Shown in pieces: positions 1 to 13,500 of a stretch of DNA of 64,000 nucleotides. The notes under the pieces were generated by a model that had not been told where the DNA came from, searched no databases, and saw only the letters and a program-made list of their open reading frames with translations. The stretch is from the human T2T-CHM13v2.0 reference genome, Homo sapiens: the NCBI RefSeq assembly GCF_009914755.1, contig NC_060936.1; one strand, written 5' to 3'. A program made the position numbers and the translations under genes. Position 1 is the first letter of the stretch. The number at the start of each line of letters is the position of its first letter.

Positions 1-329
1 CATAATAGCTGGGATGTGGCCAAAGGGGTAGCTTGTCATTGAATATATTCTATTCCAGCTTCTGAATGCACAAATCCAAGGAAATTTTTCCTTGAAAAGA
101 CACTGATATATTTACTTGGAATAGCATTATACACATAAATCAAGAGCTTTGGCAAGAAAATCAGTACTTGAAGGTTTTAATTCTGCATCATGGATTTGTT
201 ATATGACTTTGGGGTAGTTACTTATGCTGCCTCACCCTTCTCATTTTAAAAATGAGCGCATTGCCTGTAAACAGGTATCACTAAGAGCCTGGAAGCAACA
301 TAGGGTATAGCTAATGCTCATGGCGATCA

Positions 330-690
330 CTGAAATATACATACAGAAATGTGCTCAAGTCATATGCTTATGTCCCAGCGACTTTTTACAAGACGAAAAC
401 ACCCGGATAACCACCACCCAGATCAGGAAATGGAACACCACCAGCACCCATCATGGCACTCTCAGGTTCCTCTTAGTCACAAACTCCACCTCATTCCGAA
501 AGGAAAGTGCTGTCCTGCCTTTTACCCCATAAATTAGTTTTTGTGTGTTTCTGAATCTTGTGTAAATGGAATCATCCATACATGCTCTTTTGTTTCTGGT
601 TTGTTTCACTCACTGATATGGCTCTAAAATTTATTCATGTTGATGCAGGTAGCAAAGATCCCATCATATGAATATGCCATGATTAATCTA
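330..690 (-). mobile_element. Old L1M (L1MC/L1ME-type) 3' fragment
   Basis: taaccaccacccagatcagg...gtaaatggaatcat...ttcactca...ttcatgttgatgc is typical of an antisense old L1 3' UTR. Confidence 0.6.
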
Positions 691-959
691 TTTAAAAAAT
701 AAGAGTGCATTGGATTAAGTGACTCTGTAGTCTCTCCTTGGTGTAAAGTTTAAAATGGAATTATTGTTCAGAGAAATGTGTTCTGGTGTATAAGTTACAT
801 GATTATCTTGTGGTAGCTCATATAGGACCGCATTTAATACAAGCCCGAATTCCTGAGAAAGTAGAATAGAGTAATTTTTAAAGATGAAGATGTTTGGGCC
901 TAATACATATCAAAAGAAGAGTTTATGTGTTTTTTATTATGCCCTGTACTAATAAATTC

Positions 960-1170
960 ACCAAACATATACTGAGCATCAGACACTATATTAGGAACTT
1001 TTAGTTTTCACAACAATTCTGAGGGTATCATAATTCCATTTTTATAGGTGATAAGACAGTCTTAGAAAGTTAAAATTAGTTGCCTATTTTTATACAACTT
1101 CTAAGTGGCAGAAGTGTGAATTTAGGCTGCTTCATTTGACTTAAAATTCATAGTTTTTCTACTGCATCCC
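960..1170 (-). mobile_element. MIR SINE
   Basis: cacaacaattctgagg...ccatttttataggtgataagac...aagtggcaga MIR core. Confidence 0.6.
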
Positions 1171-1292
1171 CTTAAAGATGACCAAGGTTTAATCTCTGCA
1201 TGCCTGTAGTTTGTATTCTTGTGGGGTAGGGAGATACAAGTGGGTAAATTAAATGAGAATTTTAATATGGCAGATAAAAATTGTAATACAGA

Positions 1293-1631
1293 TGTCTTAG
1301 TTTGTTCCTACTTCTATAATACAATACCAAAGACTGGGTAATTTAGAAATAATAGAAATTTATTTCTCACAGTTCTGGAGGCTGAGAAGTCCAAGATAAA
1401 GGCACTGGTAGGTTCGGTGTCTGGTGAAGGCTCACTCTCTGCTTCCAAGATGGTGTTTTGTTGCTGTGTTCTCATAGCAAACAAGACCAAACTGGCTCCC
1501 TTAAGCCCTTTTGTAAAGACACTAATCCCATTCATGAAGGCTCCCAATTACTTCTTAAAGGCCCTACCTCTTAATATTGCATTGGAGATATAGTTTAAAT
1601 TTTGGAGGGACATAAACATTTAAACATAGCA
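1293..1631 (-). mobile_element. ERVL-MaLR solo LTR (MLT1A/MST-like)
   Basis: TGTCTTAG...ACATAGCA termini, ctcacagttctggaggctgagaagtccaagat motif, 5-bp TSD ACAGA/ACAGG. Confidence 0.85.
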
Positions 1632-1996
1632 ACAGGTGTGGAAACCATAGGTACATGAAAGAGGGACACCAATCTCAGCCTGCAGAGTAAGAGTAAGAGA
1701 AGGGGGGAATTATAGGATGGAATGGGCAGGGAACATTCAACGGATAACAATGGCATGCGTAAAGGTATGAAATATTTGGGAAACAGTGCTGTGGTAAGAC
1801 GTTCAAGATGAGTGGCAGGGCTGAAGGGGCAGGAGGAAGGATGTAGGAATGAGGCTGAAGAACGAGGCACAGGTAAGAGGTTGGGGGAGTGGGTTTTCCT
1901 TCTCATGAGCTAAAACCTTTCCATGTAAGGAATTTATAGCCATCAAAGGGCTCTCATTATAAGAGAATTATGACTAGAGGCAGTACAGCACAGCAG

Positions 1997-2564
1997 TGTT
2001 AATGTCCTTTAACCAAAGACCACCAGTAACACATCTTTAATTGTTTATGTTGGATTTACTATGTGCTTCAATGAGGGAAAAATACAAAGGTATGAGCAAT
2101 GGGGGTGTGGTGTGTGTGTCTCAGAGGGTGTTAGAAAATACTTACTGGATTTGGATCATGGTTGGGTGATTTTGTGGAGAGTCCAAAGAAATGAGGGTAC
2201 ATTCTAGATAAAGGTCTATCAGTAAACAGGAGAATACAGTGAATTGGTACCTCAATACATCGTATCTAGAAGGAAGGCAGATAAGTGCAGGCATAACCTT
2301 GTAATTGGTAAAAAGCAACAGTCACTCATATTAGCTGGGAGAAGGTGATGTGCGATATTTTTGTGATTTGCACAGTGACCTTGTTTGTGTGTGTCCTTAG
2401 ATACGATTATGAATTGGTCTTGGTGTTGGTCTCAGTTCATCACAGTCACAGTGACCTTGGCCGGGGCTGATGTTCCCTGAGATTGTTTTTCCCAAGAAGA
2501 GAACACCACGGCCCAGCTGTGAGTGTGAGGCTAACTCCCAGGTGTTAGAAGCTTCTCTTTTTCA
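1997..2564 (-). mobile_element. Probable ERV1 solo LTR (MER89/MER90-like) interrupting a MIR
   Basis: TG...CA ends; MIR sequence resumes at about 2565-2790; family assignment from memory only. Confidence 0.45.
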
Positions 2565-4138
2565 GTTGCTAGGAGTGCAGTGTATGAATTCAAACTGATC
2601 CTTTTTATATCCTGGCTCCATTATGTCCCAGCTGAGTGATCTGTCAAAAGTTATTTTTTTTTGTGCCTTAATTTCCTTGTCTAAAAATGGAACGATTTCA
2701 GAGTTATGAGGAATATATGAAATAATAAGTACTTAGAGCAATTCCTGGCAGGTAGTAAAATCTCAATCAATAAGTGCTATTATTATCATTTTGTAATGGT
2801 TACTCTATCGGACTGGGGGAGGGTACCCATGAGAAAGGAATGGCAGAGAAATCATTGGTAGGATGATTCTGGAAGGCAAACAAGAGGAGATTCTCTCCCG
2901 AATCGACATAGTGGAAGTAGGCGTGGAGAGAGGGCACAGTCGGTGAGAGCTAAGGGTAAGGAGAGGAAGCTGGACGGTGTACCATGGCTTGGGATTGAAT
3001 GAATGGGTAGGATGGGAGGTCACCAGTAAATACTGAGAATACAGGAATAGAAAAGCACATGTCAGGGGAGACATTATGTCAGATGGAGATGTCCAGCTGA
3101 CTGCTGATGACACAGGACTGAAGCTCAGGAGAAAGGTCAAGTGCTGTAGCCTTCGTTGCTTTCTGATGTCTCATAGAGGGGCCAGCTGTTTAGGTGAAAA
3201 GAGAAGTGCCGCTGACCTTGGCCTCGGGTCCTTCCTTGACTTCCTCTGTAGGACTGTGGGAGTGGGTCTCTTTATTTCATATTTAGTATCAAACCTAGGT
3301 CCGCCTCAGTAGACCGTCAGAAGTTATGGATTTGACTTTAATCAACAACATGAAATATTTGCATATCAAGAACTTGTCAGAGATTTTTAACCTTGAACTC
3401 TTTTCTGCTCAATACTTAATCAAAACTTGGATGGAAAAAATGGTACATATGGAACGCCTCAAAGGTGTGCTTTTCTAGATACTTTCTTAGGTGGTAACTT
3501 TATCTTTCTCTATCTTTCTCTATCATCTGTCATCACCTATCTGTTTTTATTAATCTGGCCATCAGACTTTCTGAGTACTTGGACCACATTATTTTGGCTC
3601 TTTGCAGGATTGCTTTTTACTGAACTGTGATTTGGCATTATGCTGGCAGCTTGCACTGAGAGATAATAAGAACCATTGTTTATTTTTTTATTCATTGTTT
3701 TGATATTGTGGAGAATCTGGTTCTTTATATTGCCCAAAGGGGACATTATGAGGACTCTTGGGAAAAAAATGTTTCCTAGAAATCAATAACATGGTTTTTT
3801 TTTCTGGACATAATTGAATTGAATAGCTGATGATGTCTCCCTCTTTGTACTGACTGCTAGGAAGCTCAGAGTAAAATATATGGTACCTACTAAAGCATCT
3901 GATAATTATGACATTTAATTATGGTATGATAATACTTCTGGCTTAAAAAATTATTTATTTATTTTTTGATTCTCCAGGTGAGGCTTGAACCTGTAGGGTT
4001 ATTTTATCTACCCTACTTTTATTTCCCCTTACACATGATTTTCTCAATTATTTTAGTCTTGTAAATTGCTTCAGTTCTTGTTTGGAATGAGGAGTGTATA
4101 TGCATACACACATAGAGGCATGTACATACATATACGTA

Positions 4139-4477
4139 CAGCCATCCCTCAATATCCATGGGGGATTTGTTCCAGGAACCCCCCACAGATACAAACATTT
4201 GCAGATGCTAAAGTACCTTATATAAAATGGAACAGTATTTGCATACAATCTACACCTACTTTCTGTGTATTTTAAGTTATCTCTAGATTACCTAAATACC
4301 TAAAATAATGTAAATGTTATATAAATAGTTGTTACAGTGTATTGTTTAGGGAATAATGGCATGAAAAAAATCTGTACATGTTCAGTGCAGATGCAACCAT
4401 CCATTTTTTTCCCTAAATATTTTTTATTTGCTGTTGGTTGAATCTTCAGATGTAGAACCTATGGATACAGAGGGTTG

Positions 4478-4481
<4 letters not shown>
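4139..4481. mobile_element. MER2 (TcMar-Tigger) DNA transposon
   Basis: TA|CAGCCATCCCTCAATATCCATGGG ... CCTATGGATACAGAGGGTTGACTG terminal inverted repeats, about 345 bp. Confidence 0.9.

Positions 4482-4524
<43 letters not shown>
4481..4524. repeat. (GT)22 microsatellite
   Basis: Perfect dinucleotide run. Confidence 0.98.
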
Positions 4525-4526
<2 letters not shown>

Positions 4527-4679
4527 CAAGTAACAGAATTGCGTTGGCTCTTCTATGTGAAATATAAAAATAAAAGCAACACCTTAATTTCTATCACTGC
4601 AGAGTTTTACCTTGATAAAAAGGATATATTTTTAAAAAATGCAATATGTGATAAAATATGGGTCAGCCCTTTTGCTTAT

Positions 4680-4920
4680 ATGACAGAGTATATTAGGTAA
4701 AGCTCTGGATTTCAAATCAGAAGATTGGATTTCACCTTTCTTGGTCTGTTACTAGCTGTGTGGCCTCAGGCAAGCTGTTTAAGCATTGCGAGTTTTGCAT
4801 TTCATGGTAGAGTGAGGGTGAAAATACTTGCTCTAGCCAACTTAGCTTTATTAGAAGGATCAAATTAAATAATGCATGAGCCTCTGTAAACTGTAAAGAG
4901 CTATAGGTAAGATTATTAAT
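4680..4920 (+). mobile_element. MIR SINE
   Basis: tactagctgtgtggcctcaggcaag...aggatcaaattaaataatgcatg. Confidence 0.6.
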
Positions 4921-5975
4921 TAAGCTTTGATTCGAAGTGAAGGATATTTCAACTTATTAGTGGGAAATGTATCTACCATAGTGTAGAAAAGGAATCATCA
5001 ACTCGAATGACAATAAGAATGAGCAGGGTGAGAGAAAAATAAACTTGTGATTCTCAGCGATTTTATGTCATTTTCGATAGAGGCATTAGTAATAGAAATG
5101 CTTATCTTTTAATTTTACAAGAGCAAAATGGCAGTTGACACTCAGACACAGTATGAGTAGTAAGTGATAGAAACTGAGATAACAGAAGGGGGCAAATGCC
5201 CTGAAGAAGAGGCAGCCACTGTTCAGTGCCAGCTGATGGCTTCTAGGAAAGAATTGGGGATGGTGTGCACAGATAATTTTTCTCCAAATAATTTGGGAAA
5301 TTAAATTTTTGTAAGCTCTGTCAATTTATAACTTTTTGCAGTTAGTTCCAAATTTAAAAAGATACATAAAGTGGGTTAACACTGTTCAGGGAAAACCAAA
5401 CATGATATTTGACCTTTGGGATACTTGTTCACCATTTCTGCTCTGGAAAGTGTTTTCAAAATTCACCTTGCATTTGATGCTACATACATCTAAGGAAGAA
5501 GACATTTGTGAGTTGTTTTCAGAAAGTAAAGGTGCGTTTATTTTACCAAGCATTTCAAAGCCTTTTCTCTAGTGAATATTCATTAAAATGTATATACATT
5601 ATGTTCTAAATATATTCAGTTTTGTTTCTAAAAGTCACTCTTTACTGTGAATGCATTATAGAGGTATACATTAAAATGCAAGGTTAATATAGTTGTAAAG
5701 TACAAAAGTAGCAGTATTTGTAAATAACCATTTGTAAATAATGTATAATTTTGTTTAGTGTTTAGTGTTGGTGCTCTCTGCCTAGTTGTGGATAATACAC
5801 ATATATATCTACATACATACACACACACACACACCCCCTAAGAGTCCTAGAGGCTATATTCCACTAACATCAAAGGAACTGTTGACTGCTTATTATGGTA
5901 GTTCTTATGCATAGGAGATCATAAAGTATCAAAGAGAAAATAGGACACAGTTTATTCACCCAGTCTGTTTATGTT

Positions 5976-6625
5976 CAGTCAATCCTCATTCTTCACAGAT
6001 TTCTTATTTGAAAATTCTATTTGCTAAAATGTATTTGTAACCCCCAAATCAATGTTTGTGGTGCTTTCATGGTCACTCAAAGACATGAACAGAATGGCAA
6101 AAAATTTGAGTCACCTGAAGTCAATATTCTCAGCTGAGGTCGAACAAGGAGATGCTCTACCTGTTTCAGCCCTCATGCTGTAAACAGGTATTCTTTTTGT
6201 GGTCTATTTAGTGCCACTTATTTTCTTGCATTTTGCAGGGACTCTTTCTCATGGTGATTATTTAAGGATTGCTATTTAAAATGGCCCCCAAATGTAGTGC
6301 TTTAGTGCTATCTAGTGTTTCTCTTTGCAAGAAGGCTGCCATATACTTTATAAAGAAAATAGCGTGTTAGATAAACTTTGTACAGGCATGAGTTATATTG
6401 CTGTTGATCATGAGTTCAGTGTTAATGAACAATATATATTAAATAAGCTGCCTTTAACAGAAACAGATATCAAACAAAGTTATGTATTGATGGGTTGACA
6501 AAAATGCGACCAGAAGCTCACAGTAACTTAAACTTGTATTTTCCACAGGGGCAATGATTCAGTATTTGCTAATTCAGTGTTTGCAACAACTTGTAGAAAT
6601 AACAGCTGTGAATAATGGTACCAGG
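5976..6625 (+). mobile_element. MER82 (TcMar-Tigger) DNA transposon
   Basis: cagtcaatcctcatt...tttgtaacccccaaatcaat...cagctgaggtcgaacaagg, about 650 bp. Confidence 0.8.
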
Positions 6626-7765
6626 TGTTTTATGAAAACACTGAGATGATTGATTGATTTTCAATATGTGTACAGATTTGCAGATACCACTTTGGTATTG
6701 GAAGAAATACCTCACAAACTCAGTGCTAGCTAGCTATATGATAAACTGTAAATGCGTTTTTAGGACTTCAGTTATCCACATTTGTGTATTAGTTAACAGT
6801 GGATATAGGGGGTGCAGAAGCCTGGCTGGGGACTTAGCCTACCTAGGCTCTTGTCCTAGCTTTGTTACTGATTAGCTGTGTAATATTGGAGAAGCCATTT
6901 AGCCATTTTCACTATCTTGGACTCTTTTTTCTTATCTCTAAAATCAACAAGTAGAGCGAAGATTTCCAAAGTTCTTTCCAGTGCTAAAATTATATATATT
7001 TATAAATGAAAGTCTTAATTTAGTGCTCATGTGGTTCCCTGTGATCTTGGGAAAGGGGAAAAGAAAGGTTACAAAAATGTGTCTATATAAAGCACAATGC
7101 CTACAATTAAGAAGGTAATAATTTGGGAGAACACACTAAAATTGAAATAGTAAACAAGAAGTGATGTCTAATTAAAGGATAAATTAGATCCTATTGAGCA
7201 GTGGTTTTCCACCTGGATATGGATGGCAGAGTGGCTTATTAGAATCACCTGGCAGGGAATAATTTTCCAGATTAACTACACATAACCCTCCTCTCCACTT
7301 TGTGTTGTTCCTTAGAATGTGTTCCAACAGAATACACTTTAGAACTGTTGGTAATGAAAGTTGTTTAAGTTCTAAGAAAAGGGCAGTAACCTACTTGCTG
7401 TCATTCTGGAGCTTTGTCCTTCCCACAACTCCATTTAGGTGGTCATGCCTCTGAAGGGGCTGCTTTTTCATGGTCATGTTTGTTCCAGGTGATCCTGACT
7501 CTACCCCCTCATCTCAGTTCCACAAATGGCTGGATTATATAAGGGTACCTGATACAAAAGAAGCTAATCCGTAGGCTGTGACTGACTCTTGGGAAGGCTT
7601 GGTGCCAAAATGTGAACGGAGCCTATCCAATTTCCTCTTAGCAAATTTGAACTAGGAAATAGTTACAGAACGAGACAACTGTGGGAATTGAAGGTCAAAG
7701 GCAGTTGTGATGTATAGAGAGATGGGGTTGTCATGGATGGGGTTCTTGCAAGATGAAATTATGGA

Positions 7766-7808
7766 GCGAGAGATAGAGAAAGAGAGGGAGAGAGAGAAAG
7801 AGAGAGAG
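7766..7808. repeat. Imperfect (GA)n tract, probably inside an old LTR (about 7380-8080)
   Basis: gagagatagagaaagagagggagagagagaaagagagagag. Confidence 0.8.
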
Positions 7809-10240
7809 GTGGAAAGGAGAATCTGGCTGGTAGAGATGGCAGCAGAGAAGTAGACACAGAATGACCATCTCAGTCACAGGGCAAAATATTTATTGAAAAC
7901 CCCAAGGCTCAGCTTTGCTACAAAGTTTTATGCTTTCTGAGACCAAAATTGACCATAATTCCTGGTCTTCCTGATGCCAGTTTGTTCAACACTTCCTGTG
8001 CATGTTTATCCTTAAATAACCCCTCAGTTGCATCAGCCCGTTGATTCACTTTCTTCCTTGGAACCAAAAAGTCTAACAAAAGTGAGTAGTGAGGCTGTAG
8101 TAATCAAAATAATTCATGTTTAATGAGTACCTACTAGGTACTTTTTATTGGTTAACATCAATTTAAAACTGACAGGAATCTTAGAGGCATTTGAGGCCCA
8201 GAGGAGTTAAATGACAGAGTCAAAAATAAGTAAATGTGTCAGAGCCAGGACTAGAACCTTGGTCTCCCTGATACCATAGTCCCTGATATTTACATATTGC
8301 CTCCATGAATACAGGAAGGATTTCCAGAGGAGGGGAGGTGCAGGTGATGGGGAGGATTTACAGCAAAGGAGAAATGGGCCTTTCACTCAGAGGTAAAAAC
8401 GTCATGAAGGATATAAAAAGGAATGATACATGGGCGAGAAATCAGGTGATAAGTCAGACATGAGCTGAATATTCCTCTTGGTAAAAGTGGTCCACAGGAG
8501 TCATCAGAGCAAGGCTCGAGAGTTAGGCAGGGAAGTTCAGACTCCAGCAGATACAAGAGAACTGTGCTCCATTTGTGACATGGTGAAAGATGGGCTGGTT
8601 CTGTGGAGAAATTAGAGTCAGGAAATGGGGCGGAATGTCACTGCATAAACGAAAATTTATATTGAGGATAACTTTCTCCTGAAACAGTAAATTATTTTCC
8701 CTTTCGAATCTTTGCAGACCTTCATTTTCATCCCTAGATTTCTGTATCAGAAGGAGGCCTATGACACCATCTTTAGGTATGATTTTATAGAACTCCTTAA
8801 TGGATAACTATACTTAAATGATGTTCTCTTGTCTTTCTGTCACAAACATTGTTCTAGACATTGGGTATGGCTTGACTTTTCAGGAACCACTGGTGATCAT
8901 AATCCTAAATGTACAGTAGGTTGTACTTCCGGAGTGTCAATCATCAACTGTGAGCTTTTGAGCCAAAATGTTCCTCTTGGGGATACCAAAAGAAAGGGGC
9001 AAATTGTTTGAATCCAAATGGAAAAAGAATTTAAAAAAAGAAAAGCAGAATGAAACTCGGTGGAACTCTTTTGACAAAAATATTGCCCACAGCCATTTGC
9101 TTCATTTTTTTTTTAACTTGAAAAAACCCTTATTTTGTGTTATGTAGACATAACATTGTTATTTTTTGAGGGCTTAATTCTAAATGAAATTCTATTTCTT
9201 CAGTTTAAATCTGTACCCCCCAGTTTTATTCTCACGTAGCCACCATTCTTTTAACACTGCCCACTAAAGAGATTTAGATTTTTATCTTCAGAGGTTTATG
9301 TATTTTCACATGTATCCCAGAAAGGAAAAATTTAGAGAAAGAAAGCCATTAAAACAAATGAACAGTTCTGTTTACCAAACAGCCTTTTGTAAAGCAAGAC
9401 TTCAATGGCAATTTTGTTGTTGTAACTGGAATTTGATGTTTTAGGAATAAAGAAACCATGCAAATATAGCAAACAACACCAACAAAATAAGGGATTATTT
9501 CATAGAGAAAAAAAAGGTAGTATTTTCCTTTTGTCAGAAGTATTTTACCTATATTTAATCATTCTTTATATCTGTAGATCTCTATTATTTTCAGTCTTTC
9601 TGTGATTTTAATCAATGTTTATTAAGCCATGTTTCTATGTTGAGCACCGTGGTTAAATCTTTCTATTGTAAGGATAAGTTTAATTACTTTGAAATGAGGA
9701 ACTATTTAGTGAAATCGACAACACAGCCAAGGCAATTCTCATTTTAATATTAGGTTTGGGGTTTTTTTTGCTTAAGTTGACTGGATAGTAACATGTGCAA
9801 CTCACTATGCTTCGACACAAAATATGATTTTTGTTTTATGGAACTATAAACCAGGCATTTGATGTGGTGTATTCACTCAAATAACTTGCCAGTTTGTTGA
9901 AGGAAAAGGGTCTTATTCTTGTGGCACCACTCAAAACAATGATCAATTCAGTTCTCCACGTATTTGGCATTGTTAACAAACTGCGTAGAGACAGAACAAC
10001 TCCAATATTTGGAGGGTCTTTTCTTTTTCTTAACCACCAACTGTTCCATGTTCATGAGAAAAAAATAGTCTTTATTATTATTATTTTTAAAGGACACCTA
10101 TACCTTCAAAAACAAAAAGTATTGACTTGTAGTCAAAAAAGACAAATCCTATATTTCATTCTGGCACTCACTAGACCATGTAACTTTGTTCTAATTTCTT
10201 TATCTTATCAGGCTTCATCTATAAAATAATAGTGTTTGGA

Positions 10241-10520
10241 CAGGAACAGAAAACCAAATGCCTCATGTTCTCACTCATAAGTGGGAGTTGAACAATGAGA
10301 ACAGATGGACACAGGGAGGGGAGCATCACACACTGGAGCCTGTTGAGGGGCGCGGGGCTAGGGGAGGAATAGCATTAGGACAAATACCTAATGCATGCAG
10401 GGCTTAAAACCTAGATGACGGGTTGATAGGTGCAGCAAACCACCATGGCACATGTATACCTATGTAACAAACCTGCACATTCTGCACATGTATCCCAGAA
10501 CCTAAAGTAAAATTTAAAAA
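10241..10520 (+). mobile_element. 5'-truncated L1PA (L1PA7/8-like) 3' end inserted in a MIR
   Basis: End of ORF2 plus 3' UTR and A tail; 13-bp TSD AATAGTGTTTGGA at 10228-10240 and 10521-10533. Confidence 0.92.
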
Positions 10521-13500
10521 AATAGTGTTTGGATTAAATAAAACTTTCAAGCTTAGGAAATTCACACAACAGAAAATTAAGAAAAAAATATTGTGGACCA
10601 ATCCAGATTTGTAAACTTTTAGTTTGTCAAGTAATCACAAGTAAGTCTTCCCCAAGAAAATCATCTTTATTACTATTATTCCATTAAATAAAGTATTTTA
10701 ACACGAAAAACGTAGGAAGTCCACTTTCAGAATAACAGGCAATCCTTCACATTGAACAAATTGAGCCTTATCAAAACTTGCTACATTGCCCTTACTTTTT
10801 TCATTTTGACTTAAATGGTGAACACTTTGACAAGGAGTGGCAGTAGCTTTGGGACTCTTATTCGGGAACTGCTGAGCTAGATGATTATATATCTATATCT
10901 ATCTACACCTACAAGCTCTACAGTTCTTTGATTTTATGATTCTATGTTTTGTTCCTTCCTTTAAGCATACATTTTTGCAGTTTGGAGGAAGATATAAGAT
11001 CTATTATCAGGTTTTGATCTTTTTTTTTTGGTGTGACTTCCTTGTGAGAACTTTTATCTCACTCATATCTCTCACAAAATCAAAGATATTTCAGAAAATT
11101 GTTTGAGCTAACATGTCTAGTGAGAAAAGGGGGCATGGAGGTTGGAGACACTGAGCAGGAACTCTAATTAGTGAGAATGAAGCCCGAGTTAGGGAGCCTT
11201 TTCTTATTTTCCTTTAATTAACCTTAGGACTTCTACTAAGAAAATGAGGCATAGGGGTGAGACTTGAGGGTTGGGCAGTGATAGGAGTATGGTCTAGATT
11301 TCCCATTGATTGGGAGAGTGTGTGAATGAATGAGTGAATGTCCTTTCTCACATCATTAAGACTTCTCCTGGTTAAAGAATTTAGGTTATGTTTATGATGT
11401 TCTAAAACTGTTTGGATTTGGGGAATCATTACAATTAAATGGATCATCTAGCAGAACACACTGAATCACCAAACTGACCGTAGAGATTTATTTTCAGAAT
11501 TCAACACTATATTTATAGTAACATTAGCAACAGGGGAAACTGCTCTGAGATCACAATTAAGAGAAGTTGTGTATCATTTTAGGAGATTTTTTTAGGAAAT
11601 TTTATTTGCTTGCAGACGAACACTTTTTTTCATTTGAAACTTCTTAAATCTTGGATGAAACTAGCTTTTAGCAGCTGTTCTCTTTTATGGGATTAATTTT
11701 AAAAGAAAAAAAGATGTAACATAAAATTAACACCTAAGCTATTTGATTACATATCAGACTGTAAATGTTAAAAAAAAATCCCAGCTTTGACTTTCAAAGA
11801 TTGTTTTGGGAATTTGTTTCGCTCAGGCTTCTTTTTGCCACTTGTCTCACACACATTTCCTCATCAATTTTCTTACTAGAAGTGTGTATAGGGCAAGCAG
11901 CCCAGTTTTAGTAATTGTCATTGCTTGGCTTTTGTCTAATTAACACCAGTCACTTGGATTTTTGCATACTGACATGCAGTGTAAATGGCCCACGAGTATC
12001 ATCAGAGGAAGAAACCTGGCTTGCTAGGTTTAAACCATGTCAGGTCATGAATTATATCCATCAAAGCCAAAATATTCAAATCTGAAGCCTGAAAAGTCCA
12101 TTCTGAAATTGATGCTAGTTTGGTGTACTTCTGTTTTTCCATGTATTGACACACACTAAAATTAGATTTCTATAAAGGTTCCCCTTGATAGGGTGGGCTA
12201 GGCATTCAAGGACAATTAAAACAGAAGCTGAGTGTTACAGACACATTGTAAGTAACTGCCTAATTTGGAATTTCTTTTTCTTGGTAGGTCACCTTACTAC
12301 AATTTAATGGTTTAAATTTAAGTTTGATCTCTATTCTTTTCACAAACAACATTCACATTTCTATTGGTTTTTTTAAAATGCTTGTGCATAAGCCTAAAGT
12401 TTAAATCTTGCATTTACTTTTGGATTATTGATGATTTAATTCATCATGATCTGAGGAAGATAAAAATAGGAAAGCAATGTGTGTCTTTATGATTGGGGGC
12501 CTTTGTGGGGGCATACGTATCATCTTTATTCTAGACACTTCTGGGATTTTAGTGTATTTTTGCCATATTATATTTTAGAGATAAACTGTACTACACATGC
12601 ATAATAAGTCAGCTGGGCCAGAAAAAAATTTGCTGAAGTGGTTGAACATGAAAAGCCTTGGGTGAAGTAATTTTATAGAGAGGAAAAGTTTCTTTGCTGC
12701 CAAGTTTGTTTATCTTGTCATACTATTAGTTTTCAGGTAGCATAATTTCAAGGGATTTTCCTAATTGGCATAATCCTTTTTGAGTAAATATTTCATTGTT
12801 TATTTTAGCTTATACCATAATAACTAGTTTAATAGCTCAATTATATAAGCTTCTTTGAAATAACTTATCCTTTATATAGGATAAAAATTATAAGTTATAT
12901 TTTTTATATGGTTTCATTTCTCTGGTGCCACTGAAAATATGTCTGTGAAAAATACAAAAGAGAGTCTCAAAGTTTTGTAAAGTTCTTCTTTATTCATTCC
13001 ATCACAAAAATATTTATGAAGAGCTCATCATATTCTTGTCCTTTGCTAGACTCTTGGGATATAGTAGATGTTTCCCAGCTCACAGTTGGCTGGTTAGGGA
13101 CAGATAAGAAAATCAGTGATTATCGTATATTGTCTACTATGTTAAATGAAGCAGAGGGCATTATGGCAAAGCTAGAGGCACATTCTTACTTTTGGATATT
13201 CATTGAATAAACAGTAGTGGGTGAATAATTTATCCACTGTAGGTAAACCAGTCCTTAAAAGTTTAAATAGCAGGAAACAAGCAATTTTAAAACATTAGGC
13301 TACAAGAAAATGCCGTTTGATTTGGAAACACGAATCAGGTATATTTAGAGCAGATCTTGGGAAATCAGAGATTTACTCTGATGATAGTAAATGCATTGAA
13401 CCCATTTTTACCCCTCCATGTTGGTAATGCAATAGCTTTTCTTACCGAGTCTTTAAAGTGGGTGTTGTATAACATTTTAAAGGCAAGTAAATGGAATTTG

